A stretch of DNA of 64,000 bases from a virus, in IMG/VR virus record IMGVR_UViG_3300020048_000048, positions 32,001 to 96,000 of that record; one strand, 5' to 3'. Of the stretch, positions 45,725 to 56,293 are shown piece after piece (the first letter of the stretch is position 1; each line of letters begins with the position of its first letter). The notes under the pieces are model-generated. The model was given only the letters and a program-made list of their open reading frames with translations. It had not been told where the DNA came from and searched no databases. The translations under genes and the position numbers were made by a program.

Positions 45725-47598
45725 AACCTTGCTTTAATTCCAGATTTATTAATTTGTTTTGGACCTGTTGTTCCGCTGGAAACAATTTCATTAAGAAAAC
45801 TATCTATTTGATTATTGTAAAAATTATCACTTACTTCTTGTTGACTTAGTGTTTCTTCAGAGTCTTGTTTTTTAAATTTATCATTCATTTTCACTAAAAA
45901 CGTTTCCAAAAATGGGTGCAATGCGTATCTTAAAGAGTCAAGACTGTGGTTAAACTTGTCAACGTAAGTCTTACCGTCAACCTCTCCCAAAGGCGTTACT
46001 TTGTGCTTGTAATTTTTAAATTCTTCAAACATAAGTTCCATATCTGGATAATCATTTGATTTGAAGAACATTATTTTTTGTTCTTGAGTGTCTGGTGCAA
46101 AAAGCAACATTCTTAAAAAACTTACTCCAGTTTCAATCTTGGATGGTTTTTTTGGATAACACGGAGCTTGTTGTTTCTTGAAATAACTTTTTGCATTGCT
46201 GTCTGCATGGTCAGGGCAATACAAAGCTGGGTTGAATTTTTTGTTTTCTTTTACCATAACTCTTGACCACGAAATATTATCATACCCGTTTCTAAACTTA
46301 CTCCCAAGGATGATACAAGTATCTGTTTTCATATTGTAGGCAACAATTGAATACACGGCAGGGTCTGGAAAATTTCCATAGTCACCACCTATGTGAATTG
46401 TAAATCCGTTGGCTCTTAAAATTCTTGCCAAGTCAACAACTTTTTCAATTTTTTGACTAATATGACGAATGTTGCAAAAATCAAGTATTTTATTGGGGTC
46501 GTTCGTAACGTGTTTTAATGGGCTAAATGATTTAAAAACAATAACAGCATTTTCAGGTTTAAAATTACACACTTGAGATCCAATTTTAGCAGGATCTTTA
46601 ATAGCTTGGATAAAAATTTCAGCAAAATCAGGATGTCGCATAAGTTGTGAAGATTTTATGTCGTTTTGGCTTACAGAGAGTCCACGGCATCCAAGCCATG
46701 CTTGACAAGTTTCGCATGTGGTGGAGTGCATATAAACTTTATGAATACTTGTGTCAACTTCTATAGGGTTCACATCCCACATTGTCACCATTGTGTCAAG
46801 ATTTAATGCAGAATACTTATTGTGAGGCGTTTTTACCTTTGGACATCTTATAAGTAAATCTGCTAAACTCCATTTGTGAAGTTTTGTTTGAGTCGGATTC
46901 ATTTCAGCATCGTCAATTTTTTTCTGTATCGGTCCATTTGGACTTTTTCGAGAAGATAATGCGAGAATAACTGGTAAAAAACCATTTTCAGTAGGGTCAA
47001 TTGTAGCAGAAACTTCTGAAAGTATTTCTTCTGGAGTTAGATCTAATTCGTCAAGGATAAGGAAGTTTGAACGAAGGGAGTTTGCGCCCTCCATTGTCGC
47101 AGGGGTAATTACAACTTTGCAATCATCTTTTTTTGTAAAACTGTTTGCAGGAAGACCTTCAAATTCTATTTCTTGTTTGTTGTAACTTTTTGCATATTTC
47201 CTAACCATAGGAAGCCTACAAAACTTTTTAAAGTATTTAAGACCAGCTTTCGATTGGCTTAGAATTGCTCCCATAAGAACGGTGTTTCGTCTAAAATGTA
47301 TTGATGACAAGAATGCCAAAATGGCACTCATTAAAGTTTTACCACCATTTCGATTCACAGCCACAACGTGATAAAAAGGCGCTTCATTTGTTAAAAAACA
47401 TCGGTAGACGCTCCAAATTGAGTCTAATAAACAAGATGTAGAGTCGGGGTCAACAAATTTTGATGGCAGTGTTATTTTTAAAAACGTTTTTATGAATTGG
47501 TCAAGTTCTTCTCTTGATTTACATGGTGTGAAAAAAATCTCTTCTAATTTTTTAGATTCAACATCGTCTTTCTTTTCCTGTTTCATGTTAAATTCCAA
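45721..47598 (-). CDS. Terminase large subunit
   Basis: NRNGGKT, LILDE, GGDYG..DP, NHSLDSLRYA. Confidence 0.88.
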   Translation of the reverse strand: MEFNMKQEKKDDVESKKLEEIFFTPCKSREELDQFIKTFLKITLPSKFVDPDSTSCLLDSIWSVYRCFLTNEAPFYHVVAVNRNGGKTLMSAILAFLSSIHFRRNTVLMGAILSQSKAGLKYFKKFCRLPMVRKYAKSYNKQEIEFEGLPANSFTKKDDCKVVITPATMEGANSLRSNFLILDELDLTPEEILSEVSATIDPTENGFLPVILALSSRKSPNGPIQKKIDDAEMNPTQTKLHKWSLADLLIRCPKVKTPHNKYSALNLDTMVTMWDVNPIEVDTSIHKVYMHSTTCETCQAWLGCRGLSVSQNDIKSSQLMRHPDFAEIFIQAIKDPAKIGSQVCNFKPENAVIVFKSFSPLKHVTNDPNKILDFCNIRHISQKIEKVVDLARILRANGFTIHIGGDYGNFPDPAVYSIVAYNMKTDTCIILGSKFRNGYDNISWSRVMVKENKKFNPALYCPDHADSNAKSYFKKQQAPCYPKKPSKIETGVSFLRMLLFAPDTQEQKIMFFKSNDYPDMELMFEEFKNYKHKVTPLGEVDGKTYVDKFNHSLDSLRYALHPFLETFLVKMNDKFKKQDSEETLSQQEVSDNFYNNQIDSFLNEIVSSGTTGPKQINKSGIKARF

Positions 47599-49799
47599 GT
47601 ATTATTGAAATAACTCAGTTCTAAAGACCCTCCCTTATCCTCTAAAGTAAAGGTTTTGTCTAAAATTTTAGCTTCAATTTTTTGATTCCAATCACAAAGG
47701 TTGTTTTTGTCAATAATTTTTATAACATGTCCATTTACAGATTCTTTTAAATTTATAATACCTAACGTTGTCATGTACAAAATGTTATCATTATTTTGTT
47801 GAGTGTAGTTATTGGAAACATCTTTCCCGTTTAAAGTCACAACGCCAGAAAGTATAACATTTTGTGCAGTAATATTTCCATTTACTGTTATGTTTTTTTC
47901 AAAATAAACATCATTAGTAAAGGTGATGCCATTTTCTCCAATTAAAGTTCCGTCAAAAAACAAAGCATAATGTTTTCCATTAAATGTTACATATTGTAAC
48001 AAAAAGTCTACATTTTCTGTAGAAACTTCAGTGACGGGTGACATGAAGTTGCGTCTAACTTCAAATTGGTTTGTAACAAAACAACTTCCCTCAATTAAAT
48101 TAATATCACTAGAATAATTACTAGAATAATTTACCCAAACTTTGTCATTTTGATAATCAAATTCTATGTAGTCGTGAATGTTAAAAATCTTTGAGTCAAA
48201 ATTTTCTAAACTATTGTTTAAAACATCGTTTCTTTTAAATTGTTTTTGTATTTTTAAAAGTCTACTTCCACTTTCACTGTACAATCTGTATTTTCCACCA
48301 ACTTGTTTAAACCTTAGGTCTTGTGATGGATAGATTAAAGATAAACTTCTGGTAGGAGTGTCGACAGATTCATTACCTAATGTAACCTCTTCCCCAACGG
48401 ATAACATTCCATAACCCTTAAAGAAAAACTCATCACCAATCCTTTTACCAATGTGGTAAAAATTTGGGCTTCTAAAATAAGACTCATTCCCAACATAAAC
48501 ATCTGTTGAAGAATATTTCGATCTCATCCATAAAAATTCTTCAGATGTTGATCCAAGGGATTGGCTTAGTAAAACTTCTTTACATGAATATGGTATTTCA
48601 GCATTTAAATCATTTATAACTAACCCATCGTAAACGTAAGCAACAATTTTAACATAATCGTATATAGTTTTACTTGATAGTCTTAAATAATCGCCTATTT
48701 TTATCCCTTCAAATTCACCATCATTAATTGCAACAGCAGTTTTGCTGTAATCTACAAGTCCAGATGCTTTTGAAATATTTGAAAAATAACATACGCCTCT
48801 TAAATTTTCTCTTTCAAATCCAATATAAATATTTTGACCTTCTAAAACATTTACATCAATTGGTGAGACTTTCCATGTAAGATTGCTGTGGAGGCTTTCA
48901 AAAATTAACTCTCCATTAATTCTAAAATGATTATCAGCCATTTTAGAAATAGGATTTTTACTCCATGAAACAACCTTGTTTTTACTTGGAACTAATAGTG
49001 TTGAATTGTAGTTAAAATTAATGTTTTGTAAAGAAAGGCTTTCAGACGTATTATTAAGCCAGTGTTCCCCTTTAATTGATTGTAAGGTTGTCATTATAGC
49101 ATTCATCCATTCTTTTAGTGAATGAAAATTGCTTTCGTTTTTGCTTAAATTATTTAAATCAGCCTTTACAAAAGCTGAAGACTCTTTTCCGATATCTGAA
49201 CCATTGCATGATAGTGGCGGTTGTTTAAATTCAGGAGATACTTTGAAAAAATTATTCCTACTTGGGTTTGAACCTCCATTCCATAGGCTAAAAAGCATAT
49301 TTCTGCAATCTGTTATTGTTTTTACTGTTCCGTTTTCAACATTGATTTTACAAATAGGTAAAGATCCTGTTGTAAAACCAACTAATGATTTGTTGATATT
49401 GATTTTTATTGTATTTTCAACAGGAACGTCGCTGTCAAACATTTCACCTGCTGTTTGGTCGATAAAAGTTTTAGTGATAATAGTTGTATTTTCTCTTGTT
49501 GGAATTATTTCTATGAACTGTAATCCCTCTTCTAGTTCAATATTTTGCTTAAAATCTCCATTAGCATGGTAGAAACACGAAACATCATCTAAAGGAAAAA
49601 ATAGGTAAGAGTTTGACAGATCGAACGTTGCAACAAGTCCTTCCAATGCAGTAAGGTCACATCCATGGACAATGGTTGGGTCGTTGGTTATAAATTTACT
49701 TAAAATTTGAAGGTCTTTTGCTCCAAATAGTTCAATAGTTGTTAAGTCTTGTACATCTAACCTTTGACCTGAGTGAAAATTTACTTTAGATAAAATCAT
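47583..49799 (-). CDS. Baseplate/tail structural protein
   Basis: KVNFHSGQRLDVQD N-terminus, TDCRNMLF; late motif upstream. Confidence 0.6.
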   Translation of the reverse strand: MILSKVNFHSGQRLDVQDLTTIELFGAKDLQILSKFITNDPTIVHGCDLTALEGLVATFDLSNSYLFFPLDDVSCFYHANGDFKQNIELEEGLQFIEIIPTRENTTIITKTFIDQTAGEMFDSDVPVENTIKININKSLVGFTTGSLPICKINVENGTVKTITDCRNMLFSLWNGGSNPSRNNFFKVSPEFKQPPLSCNGSDIGKESSAFVKADLNNLSKNESNFHSLKEWMNAIMTTLQSIKGEHWLNNTSESLSLQNINFNYNSTLLVPSKNKVVSWSKNPISKMADNHFRINGELIFESLHSNLTWKVSPIDVNVLEGQNIYIGFERENLRGVCYFSNISKASGLVDYSKTAVAINDGEFEGIKIGDYLRLSSKTIYDYVKIVAYVYDGLVINDLNAEIPYSCKEVLLSQSLGSTSEEFLWMRSKYSSTDVYVGNESYFRSPNFYHIGKRIGDEFFFKGYGMLSVGEEVTLGNESVDTPTRSLSLIYPSQDLRFKQVGGKYRLYSESGSRLLKIQKQFKRNDVLNNSLENFDSKIFNIHDYIEFDYQNDKVWVNYSSNYSSDINLIEGSCFVTNQFEVRRNFMSPVTEVSTENVDFLLQYVTFNGKHYALFFDGTLIGENGITFTNDVYFEKNITVNGNITAQNVILSGVVTLNGKDVSNNYTQQNNDNILYMTTLGIINLKESVNGHVIKIIDKNNLCDWNQKIEAKILDKTFTLEDKGGSLELSYFNNTWNLT

Positions 49800-49819
49800 A
49801 ATTTACTCCTTTTTGTTTA

Positions 49820-49866
49820 TTATTTTAAATGAAAAGTTAAAGTTTTTTGTTAAAAATGCCGTTAAG
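49820..49866. promoter_or_regulatory. Divergent late (-) and sigma-28-like (+) promoter pair
   Basis: TTATTTTA 49820-27; TAAAG-N16-CCGTTAAG 49838-66. Confidence 0.75.
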
Positions 49867-49886
49867 GGGTTTAGGAGGGCATCGTT

Positions 49887-50342
49887 GTGATATTTATAGA
49901 CTGGACGTTAATTTTTAAAGAAAATAAGAATGAGATTGATAAAAATTTTGTTGTTAATTTTTTATGGAGCTTTAAACGTGATGAGGTTTTGTTAGTTCTT
50001 CATTCTGGTGATGTAAAGATAATTCGAGACTGTTTGTTAAAAATGAGGATTAAAAATTCAGTTGTAAGTTATTCTTCATTACGAGATGATGATTTTTTAA
50101 TAACATTGTACCCTGATAAAATAAAAAGCAATGGTGTTGTGGTTTTTGATTATTTTGAAAGGTTTGGAAGCCATATAACAGTTAGTAAAAAATATATAAC
50201 AAAGGATATAATTTTGAAAATTTTAAACAAAGATCCTGTTAAAACTTGTATTAAAAATAACATTGTACTTATTAATGATGGTGATCATTTTATATCGCCT
50301 ATTGTAAAGGACAGATTAGACCGACTTAATTTGCTGTTTTAA
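49887..50342 (+). CDS. Hypothetical protein
   Basis: AGGAGG SD, GTG start after promoter. Confidence 0.6.
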   Translation: MIFIDWTLIFKENKNEIDKNFVVNFLWSFKRDEVLLVLHSGDVKIIRDCLLKMRIKNSVVSYSSLRDDDFLITLYPDKIKSNGVVVFDYFERFGSHITVSKKYITKDIILKILNKDPVKTCIKNNIVLINDGDHFISPIVKDRLDRLNLLF

Positions 50343-50498
50343 AATTGCAAGTTTTTGTAAAATTCTTAAACGTGCTACTAAAATTAACTCACTATCTAAG
50401 AAGTTTTTTGGAGGTTCTTGAAGTAATATTTCTATTTGACGAATAGTTTCAAATGAAGGTTCTTTATTTAGTAAAAGAATTATTTTAGTATAGTTCAT
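50316..50498 (-). CDS. Small hypothetical protein
   Basis: ATGA overlap with upstream gene. Confidence 0.45.
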   Translation of the reverse strand: MNYTKIILLLNKEPSFETIRQIEILLQEPPKNFLDSELILVARLRILQKLAILKQQIKSV

Positions 50499-52954
50499 TT
50501 GTATGGGTTTGTTGAAATATACTTCATTTCATTTACAAGAAGATTATTTTCAAATTCAATGCCAGTTGGTTTCATGTATTCTTTAAACATTCTAAATGTT
50601 GCGTAATATAAAGATCTAATGTCATAAAGGTATGGATTTTTAACTGACGATTCTAATTCTGAAAGTGTTTTGTTAACAATATAAACTTTGTCATTTTGTT
50701 GAACCTGAGCTTTTGTTTCAAGAATAAAACTTCCTGACAGATGTGATTGCATTTTAAAATCATAAACACTATCTTTAAAAATTAAAAACCCATCTGAAAT
50801 ATATTGAGTTGTTTTTACAAGCACATAATTTTGCTTAATCGCTTCGACTGTAATGAAGTCTTTAGTCATGTGGTATTCTTTTTCATAGTTGAATAAAAAA
50901 TCACCAAACCCTGACTGGTATTCAGAACTTGTTAAGTGTTGTGTATTTTCTATAGTCATTGTAACAATTTCAACACCTTTTGTAATTTCAATTTTACAAA
51001 TACCTGCAATTTCGGCATAATCTTGGAACTTTTCACTTTCAATAATTGCCGTTATGCTTTTTGTTTTATTTTTTTGATTCAAAAGGTCGATTGCTGTTAT
51101 GTTGTAAAAGTTTCCATCATTGAAACCTTTATCATCTGGACCAAACCAATAATCATATTCTTCATTTAAAACTTCTTGAATATTTTCTGCTTCTAAAATA
51201 ACCCTGTTATAAAAAAAACCATCTCCAAACCCAGAATCGTTTTCGTTAAATCCAATCCAAGGTCCATTGTCTTTTGTGTTTAAGTCTTTTTGAATCTTTT
51301 CAAAATTAAGAGCTTGAAGATTATAAAAACTCCCGTGATCATTAAATCCAAAATCATCATTATTAAATCCAAACCACATCTCAGGTTCTTCACCTAAAAG
51401 TTTTACTTTTGACATCTTATATTTATTGACCAAGTATGGGTTTTTAAAATCACCACTTATTATTTTTAAAGAATCTCCAATATTTATGTTGCCTTTTGTT
51501 ACAACAAACTCAACACCGTTTTTAGTAGCTATGATTTTGGAGCAGTTTATAACCTTCTTTGACGCAATATAATTTTCTACAATAAAGTAATTTTCAAACA
51601 CTTGAGTAACTTTGCATTTTTGGCTACCTAATTTTATAGTTTGTCCAATAATTGGTTTAAATTTACTATAAACAATACTTTCTTTTAAATTATGCACGAC
51701 CCTAACTTTCGTTTGAAGGTCTTTTACAATATCTGATTCATTTTTTGCTAATTTAAAAACATTGTCACCGTTTATTATTTGAGGAAATACATTAATTGCA
51801 TTTTCATTATATTTACTATCAATAAAGCTTGAATGAACAGCTTTATTAGGAATAACAAGTGGTGAATGTAAAGATATTTTTTCTTTTGACTCTTCAATTT
51901 GTATATGGTTTAAAGACGCATTAAATTCTTTGTTAAAAACAATATCATATTCATTTATTTCAATCTCTTGACCATTAAAGTAAATAGGGCAGTTAACTAT
52001 AATATAGTCATACCCATTTTCAACAATTGGATATGAAGTTTCATTTAATATTGACCAATTAAAAGTATCTGAATATCTTTTTAAAACAACATTTGTTATT
52101 CCATTTTCATCAAATGTGGGACTTTCGTATGAGTTTTTGTCAATATCTCCTAAAGAAGGTAGTCTTGCAAAAGAAACATATCCGTTTTCAAAAGCGGAAA
52201 ATGGTTTTATAGCTTCTTCAATATTCCCCATTGCCTGAAGATTATAAAAGTTGCCATCAAATCCAAAAAAACTATCTCCAAATCCAAACCATTCTCTATT
52301 GTCACTCCTTTGTTTTTGAACAGCTGTTATTTTCAAACCATTTTTCACTGTTTTGAAAGAATATGTTGCAGGAGTTGTTTGAAATTTTGTTAGGGAAAGT
52401 TTTTGGCATAAGGTTCCAGATATAATTTTCAGGTCATTATTAACAGAGCTTAAAAGTAATGCATTGTTTGATCCTGTTCTTGCAGATACGTTAATTTCAG
52501 GGATTTGACTTTGAATATCAAGCATGATGTTTTTAATTGTTGTTTTTTTTGAGTTATTAAATGTTATTTTCTTTTCAACACCACCGTCTTGAATAATAAG
52601 AAAGTCTTCATTTTGAACAAAAATGTTTAAATCGTTGTGAATTGAAATGTAACTTCTGATGTTATATATGTGTTTCAGAAAGTCTTCAAAATTTTCTCTT
52701 GTAGCGACTTTCCCCACCATGTGTTTAAGCAGTTTTCTTAAAATTTCAGGAGTAATTGCATCGGTATTTTTTACTTCAATACCATGCCTTTTTGCAAGAG
52801 AGGGTAGTTTTTTAGAAGGGCAACTGTCAATGTATCTTTCTTTAGTTTTTTCAGATAGTTCGTTTGACATTTGTTGGAACTGAAAAATTAACGCATCAAC
52901 AAATTGATTTAGATTTTCTTGATCTTTAGTTCGTTCTGGTAAAAATTCTTTCAT
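50495..52954 (-). CDS. Baseplate wedge-like protein with four WFGF..GF..FYN repeats
   Basis: N-terminal IDSCP..LP.LA..GI pattern of wedge proteins; start 52954 or 52963. Confidence 0.6.
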   Translation of the reverse strand: MKEFLPERTKDQENLNQFVDALIFQFQQMSNELSEKTKERYIDSCPSKKLPSLAKRHGIEVKNTDAITPEILRKLLKHMVGKVATRENFEDFLKHIYNIRSYISIHNDLNIFVQNEDFLIIQDGGVEKKITFNNSKKTTIKNIMLDIQSQIPEINVSARTGSNNALLLSSVNNDLKIISGTLCQKLSLTKFQTTPATYSFKTVKNGLKITAVQKQRSDNREWFGFGDSFFGFDGNFYNLQAMGNIEEAIKPFSAFENGYVSFARLPSLGDIDKNSYESPTFDENGITNVVLKRYSDTFNWSILNETSYPIVENGYDYIIVNCPIYFNGQEIEINEYDIVFNKEFNASLNHIQIEESKEKISLHSPLVIPNKAVHSSFIDSKYNENAINVFPQIINGDNVFKLAKNESDIVKDLQTKVRVVHNLKESIVYSKFKPIIGQTIKLGSQKCKVTQVFENYFIVENYIASKKVINCSKIIATKNGVEFVVTKGNINIGDSLKIISGDFKNPYLVNKYKMSKVKLLGEEPEMWFGFNNDDFGFNDHGSFYNLQALNFEKIQKDLNTKDNGPWIGFNENDSGFGDGFFYNRVILEAENIQEVLNEEYDYWFGPDDKGFNDGNFYNITAIDLLNQKNKTKSITAIIESEKFQDYAEIAGICKIEITKGVEIVTMTIENTQHLTSSEYQSGFGDFLFNYEKEYHMTKDFITVEAIKQNYVLVKTTQYISDGFLIFKDSVYDFKMQSHLSGSFILETKAQVQQNDKVYIVNKTLSELESSVKNPYLYDIRSLYYATFRMFKEYMKPTGIEFENNLLVNEMKYISTNPYK

Positions 52955-52974
52955 AATTTGCACACCTCTTTGGT

Positions 52975-53018
52975 TTATTTTAAAAAAAGCTAAAGTTTTT
53001 TAAAAAAGTTCCGTTAAG
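52975..53018. promoter_or_regulatory. Divergent late (-) and sigma-28-like (+) promoter pair
   Basis: TTATTTTA 52975-82; TAAAG-N15-CCGTTAAG 52991-53018. Confidence 0.8.
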
Positions 53019-53039
53019 TTTATAAAGGAGGATTTTTTA

Positions 53040-53324
53040 ATGTATATTGAAAAAATTCAAGTTATTGATAATCAGGTGGATGTGGAAAGCTTAAAAGAGC
53101 TTCCAGAGGGTTCAAACCTTTTGGACGCACTTGTAATTGAGGTTAAAGACCTCATGGAGTTTTCAGACCAAACTGACGAGGTTTGTAAACGTCTTGTTGG
53201 GATTGCTCTTTATAATGACAAAGAGTTGTCAAAACTAAAGGATGAAATTAAACAGAACAAGATTTTCCAATATGTCTTGTTGGCGTGTGTAGTTCTTTTA
53301 ATGGTTTTGATAACTTTTAATTAA
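53040..53324 (+). CDS. Small protein with C-terminal TM helix
   Basis: AGGAGG SD; hydrophobic tail. Confidence 0.65.
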   Translation: MYIEKIQVIDNQVDVESLKELPEGSNLLDALVIEVKDLMEFSDQTDEVCKRLVGIALYNDKELSKLKDEIKQNKIFQYVLLACVVLLMVLITFN

Positions 53325-53334
53325 GGGGGTATTC

Positions 53335-53499
53335 GTGAAAGTTAAAGTAAACAATGTTGCTAAGACATTTAAGATCATTGTAGGTAATGTGATTATTTTA
53401 GCCGACATGGACTTTAAAGCTCTTGAGGTTTTAAGTGGAAATGTTAATAAATCACAAGCGCAACAAATTGTAAACAATTACAGAAAGAAGGTTTCATGA
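53335..53499 (+). CDS. Small hypothetical protein (54 aa)
   Basis: GTG start after GGGGG SD; ATGA overlap downstream. Confidence 0.5.
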   Translation: MKVKVNNVAKTFKIIVGNVIILADMDFKALEVLSGNVNKSQAQQIVNNYRKKVS

Positions 53500-53816
53500 A
53501 TGAATTTGAAATGATCACTCGAATATTAGATAATCTGGAGAACATTACTCCAGCAGAACAATCCTTGAACGATGAAAGTTTTTACATCGTTAGGTTGGAC
53601 AAAGTGTCCAATTTGATAAACGAATTAATCAATTCGGAAAGTAACGTCGCTTCTTTAGAAGTTGCACGTTTAAAAAAGAAACTTCCTCAAATAGAAAGGA
53701 TTAAAAAGAAGTTGCAAAATCCATCAGAAGAGGTTCTGCTGTATCGTGCAATCTTGAATAAAGGTAAAACAAGTGTCGTTCAAAAAGACGGTAAAAATAT
53801 TTACATATTGCGATAA
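53496..53816 (+). CDS. Hypothetical protein
   Basis: 106 aa ORF. Confidence 0.6.
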   Translation: MNEFEMITRILDNLENITPAEQSLNDESFYIVRLDKVSNLINELINSESNVASLEVARLKKKLPQIERIKKKLQNPSEEVLLYRAILNKGKTSVVQKDGKNIYILR

Positions 53817-53822
53817 GTAAAT

Positions 53823-53850
53823 TAAAGTTTTTTTGAAAAATTCCGTTAAG
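53823..53850 (+). promoter_or_regulatory. Sigma-28-like promoter
   Basis: TAAAG-N15-CCGTTAAG. Confidence 0.8.
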
Positions 53851-53889
53851 TGATTTAGGTTGACCGTTTAGTCAACAAAGGAGGTCTTT

Positions 53890-54486
53890 GTGAAATATTG
53901 TATACTTGATATCTTAGAACCCGATTGCTTTATCGAAATGGCTGATGCCATTGCAAAAGATCCTGATGAAGTAATTTTAATTGAAGTACATTCTGGTGGA
54001 GGAATCGTTGACGAAGCGGTTTACCTTGTTTCAGTAATTGAGCAAGTTAAAGCTTATGGTAAGACAGTCGTGACTTATTGTCCAGCAAAAGCGTTGTCAG
54101 CTGGTATTTATATTTTTTTAGCTGGATCAATTGTGATTGCCTCACCATTTAGCCACTTTATGCATCATGAAATTTCGTTACACCCCATGCCTTTATTAAA
54201 CTGGTTTCATTTAAAAACCAGCAAAAACATGATCAAAAATGCAAATAAAGTTTGTAATAATATTATTGATTTGTCAATTTTAGAGGAAGATGTTAAGAAA
54301 ATTCCATGGTGGCAGTCGAAGGATTTATATTACACTGCTGAAGAATTGAAGGAAAAACTTAAAGGTAAGGTAGAAATTAATATCGGATTTTTACCAGAAG
54401 AATTAACTGAGCTTGAGATTTGGGGATTACAACCTGAACAAGAAATTGACTTGTCAAGTTTAATGGGAGGAGAAGACGATGAATAA
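53890..54486 (+). CDS. Second ClpP-like protease
   Basis: VHSGGG.V, ALSAG, FMHHE, DLYYTAEE. Confidence 0.8.
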   Translation: MKYCILDILEPDCFIEMADAIAKDPDEVILIEVHSGGGIVDEAVYLVSVIEQVKAYGKTVVTYCPAKALSAGIYIFLAGSIVIASPFSHFMHHEISLHPMPLLNWFHLKTSKNMIKNANKVCNNIIDLSILEEDVKKIPWWQSKDLYYTAEELKEKLKGKVEINIGFLPEELTELEIWGLQPEQEIDLSSLMGGEDDE

Positions 54487-54826
54487 GATTTTAACGGCGT
54501 TATTGTTGTTGTCAACTGGGATTTTTGCAAAAACGGTTGTATGTACTGGAGTAAAAACGGTTGCATGTGACCATGAAAAATGTATGGAAAGAGATTTGAC
54601 TAAATTTCAAATAATTCTTACTGAAAAAAAATGTACCATCTTTATGGGTGATAAAAAGATTGATTGCATGGGGCTGATGTATGAACTACCTGATGCAAAT
54701 TTGATCATTAAAAATGCACTTATTATGTCTTTTGACAAACAATCTCCCATGGTTATAATTTATAATTTTTTAGGAAGTTATGAAGAGAAATATTATGGGA
54801 TTTGTGAAGAAAAAGAAGGCATCTAA
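54479..54826 (+). CDS. Secreted Cys-rich protein
   Basis: Signal peptide MNKILTALLLLSTGIFA; six Cys. Confidence 0.6.
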   Translation: MNKILTALLLLSTGIFAKTVVCTGVKTVACDHEKCMERDLTKFQIILTEKKCTIFMGDKKIDCMGLMYELPDANLIIKNALIMSFDKQSPMVIIYNFLGSYEEKYYGICEEKEGI

Positions 54827-55206
54827 TGGATTTTTACACCGATGGGTCATCGTTTAGGAAGAAAAATGGAAACCATGCATTCATTGGTGTTATTGGTAAT
54901 CAAATTGTTGTTGCAAATCGTTTTGAATCGAAGAAGACTTGCAATAATCAAGAGGAATTAAAAGCTGTTATTGAAGTTTTAAAGTATATTAAAAAAAACA
55001 ACATTAAAAATTCAACAATTTTCACAGATTCGATGTATGTTGTGCGTTCTATAACAGGAAATAGAATTGCTTTCCAAGAACTTTGGAATGAGTTTTTCAA
55101 ATATTATGATGAAAAAAATGTTAAAATTCAATGGATTAAAGGTCACTCGGACCACACTTTTAATAAGAAAGTAGATATTTTTACAAGAACAGGCAAATTA
55201 ATCTAA
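54826..55206 (+). CDS. rnhA: RNase HI
   Basis: YTDGS, NNQEEL, TDSMYV, WIKGHS..N..VD. Confidence 0.88.
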   Translation: MDFYTDGSSFRKKNGNHAFIGVIGNQIVVANRFESKKTCNNQEELKAVIEVLKYIKKNNIKNSTIFTDSMYVVRSITGNRIAFQELWNEFFKYYDEKNVKIQWIKGHSDHTFNKKVDIFTRTGKLI

Positions 55207-55231
55207 AGTTTTTTTGAATTATTCCGTTAAG
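55204..55231 (+). promoter_or_regulatory. Sigma-28-like promoter
   Basis: TAAAG-N15-CCGTTAAG. Confidence 0.8.
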
Positions 55232-55300
55232 TATAGTATGAGTTGCTGAGGGTGGCTTGTTATTACAAGGTCTCAGCACTTTGTTTTTATAGGAGTTTTT

Positions 55301-56293
55301 ATGGAAAAGTCAAAACTCGATCTTATAACTAAAATATTATTTACAAAGCAAAGAGTTTTTCAATTCCTTAAAACAGAAAAAGCTTATTTGAGCTTTTCTG
55401 GAGGAAGAGATTCTACTATTTTGAGTCATATTTTAAGAACAAATTTTAAAGAAACTTATCCAGAAAAATTCCAAGATGTTAGTGAAGGATCTATATTGAA
55501 TGAAGTTTTTGAAATACCTCATGTGTTTTTAAATACAGGTGTTGAGTGGGCAAATATTGTTCACTTTGTAAGAAGCTTGAGTAAAAAAATAGAACTTATA
55601 GAAGTTACTCCTAAAATAACATTCTTTGAAATTATAAAAAAACATGGATACCCTGTTATCTCAAAAGAAATTTCTCAATATATCCATGAAGCAAAGGTCA
55701 CTAATTCTAAAAAACTTTTACTCAAAAGACTTGATGGTGAGAAAAAAGGAAATTATGTGTCTGGAAAAATTTCAGATGTTCATAGTGCTTGGTTGAGAGA
55801 AGATGCACCTTTAATTGGTGCTAAATGTTGTCATTATTTGAAAAAAGATCCAGTTCATCGTTATGAAAAAGAAACTGGTAGGCGACCAATTTTAGCAATT
55901 ATGGCTGACGAAAGTCGTTTAAGACAGCAAACAGCTAAAAATGGATGTATTTTTGAAAAAGCAAGTGGTCTTGTGTGCAATCCAATGATTTTCTGGACAC
56001 ATCAAGATATAGTGGATTATGTTGAAATGTTTCAACCTGAACTTTGTGATCTTTATACAAAGCATGGATTTGAACGAACTGGTTGTGTCGGTTGTCTTTA
56101 TGGATGTTCTACTAAAAAACAGGCTGATGAGAAATTTAAATTCATGAGAGAAAATAGACCAAAACAATATCAAATTTATTTAAACAACGGACTTCAGGAA
56201 ATTTTAAACTTCTTAGAAGAAAGCGATAAAATGTCAAAAGAAGAGAAAAAACAAATAAAAGAAAGGATGAAAAATGAACGTTGTTCCGATTAA
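55301..56293 (+). CDS. PAPS reductase-family protein
   Basis: SFSGGRDS, NTGVE, KCCHYLKK, ESRLR, RTGCVGC. Confidence 0.85.
   Translation: MEKSKLDLITKILFTKQRVFQFLKTEKAYLSFSGGRDSTILSHILRTNFKETYPEKFQDVSEGSILNEVFEIPHVFLNTGVEWANIVHFVRSLSKKIELIEVTPKITFFEIIKKHGYPVISKEISQYIHEAKVTNSKKLLLKRLDGEKKGNYVSGKISDVHSAWLREDAPLIGAKCCHYLKKDPVHRYEKETGRRPILAIMADESRLRQQTAKNGCIFEKASGLVCNPMIFWTHQDIVDYVEMFQPELCDLYTKHGFERTGCVGCLYGCSTKKQADEKFKFMRENRPKQYQIYLNNGLQEILNFLEESDKMSKEEKKQIKERMKNERCSD

Noticed and set aside
55301-56293. Dnd phosphorothioation system
   Set aside because: Only a lone PAPS-reductase-family gene; no dndA/D/E neighbours
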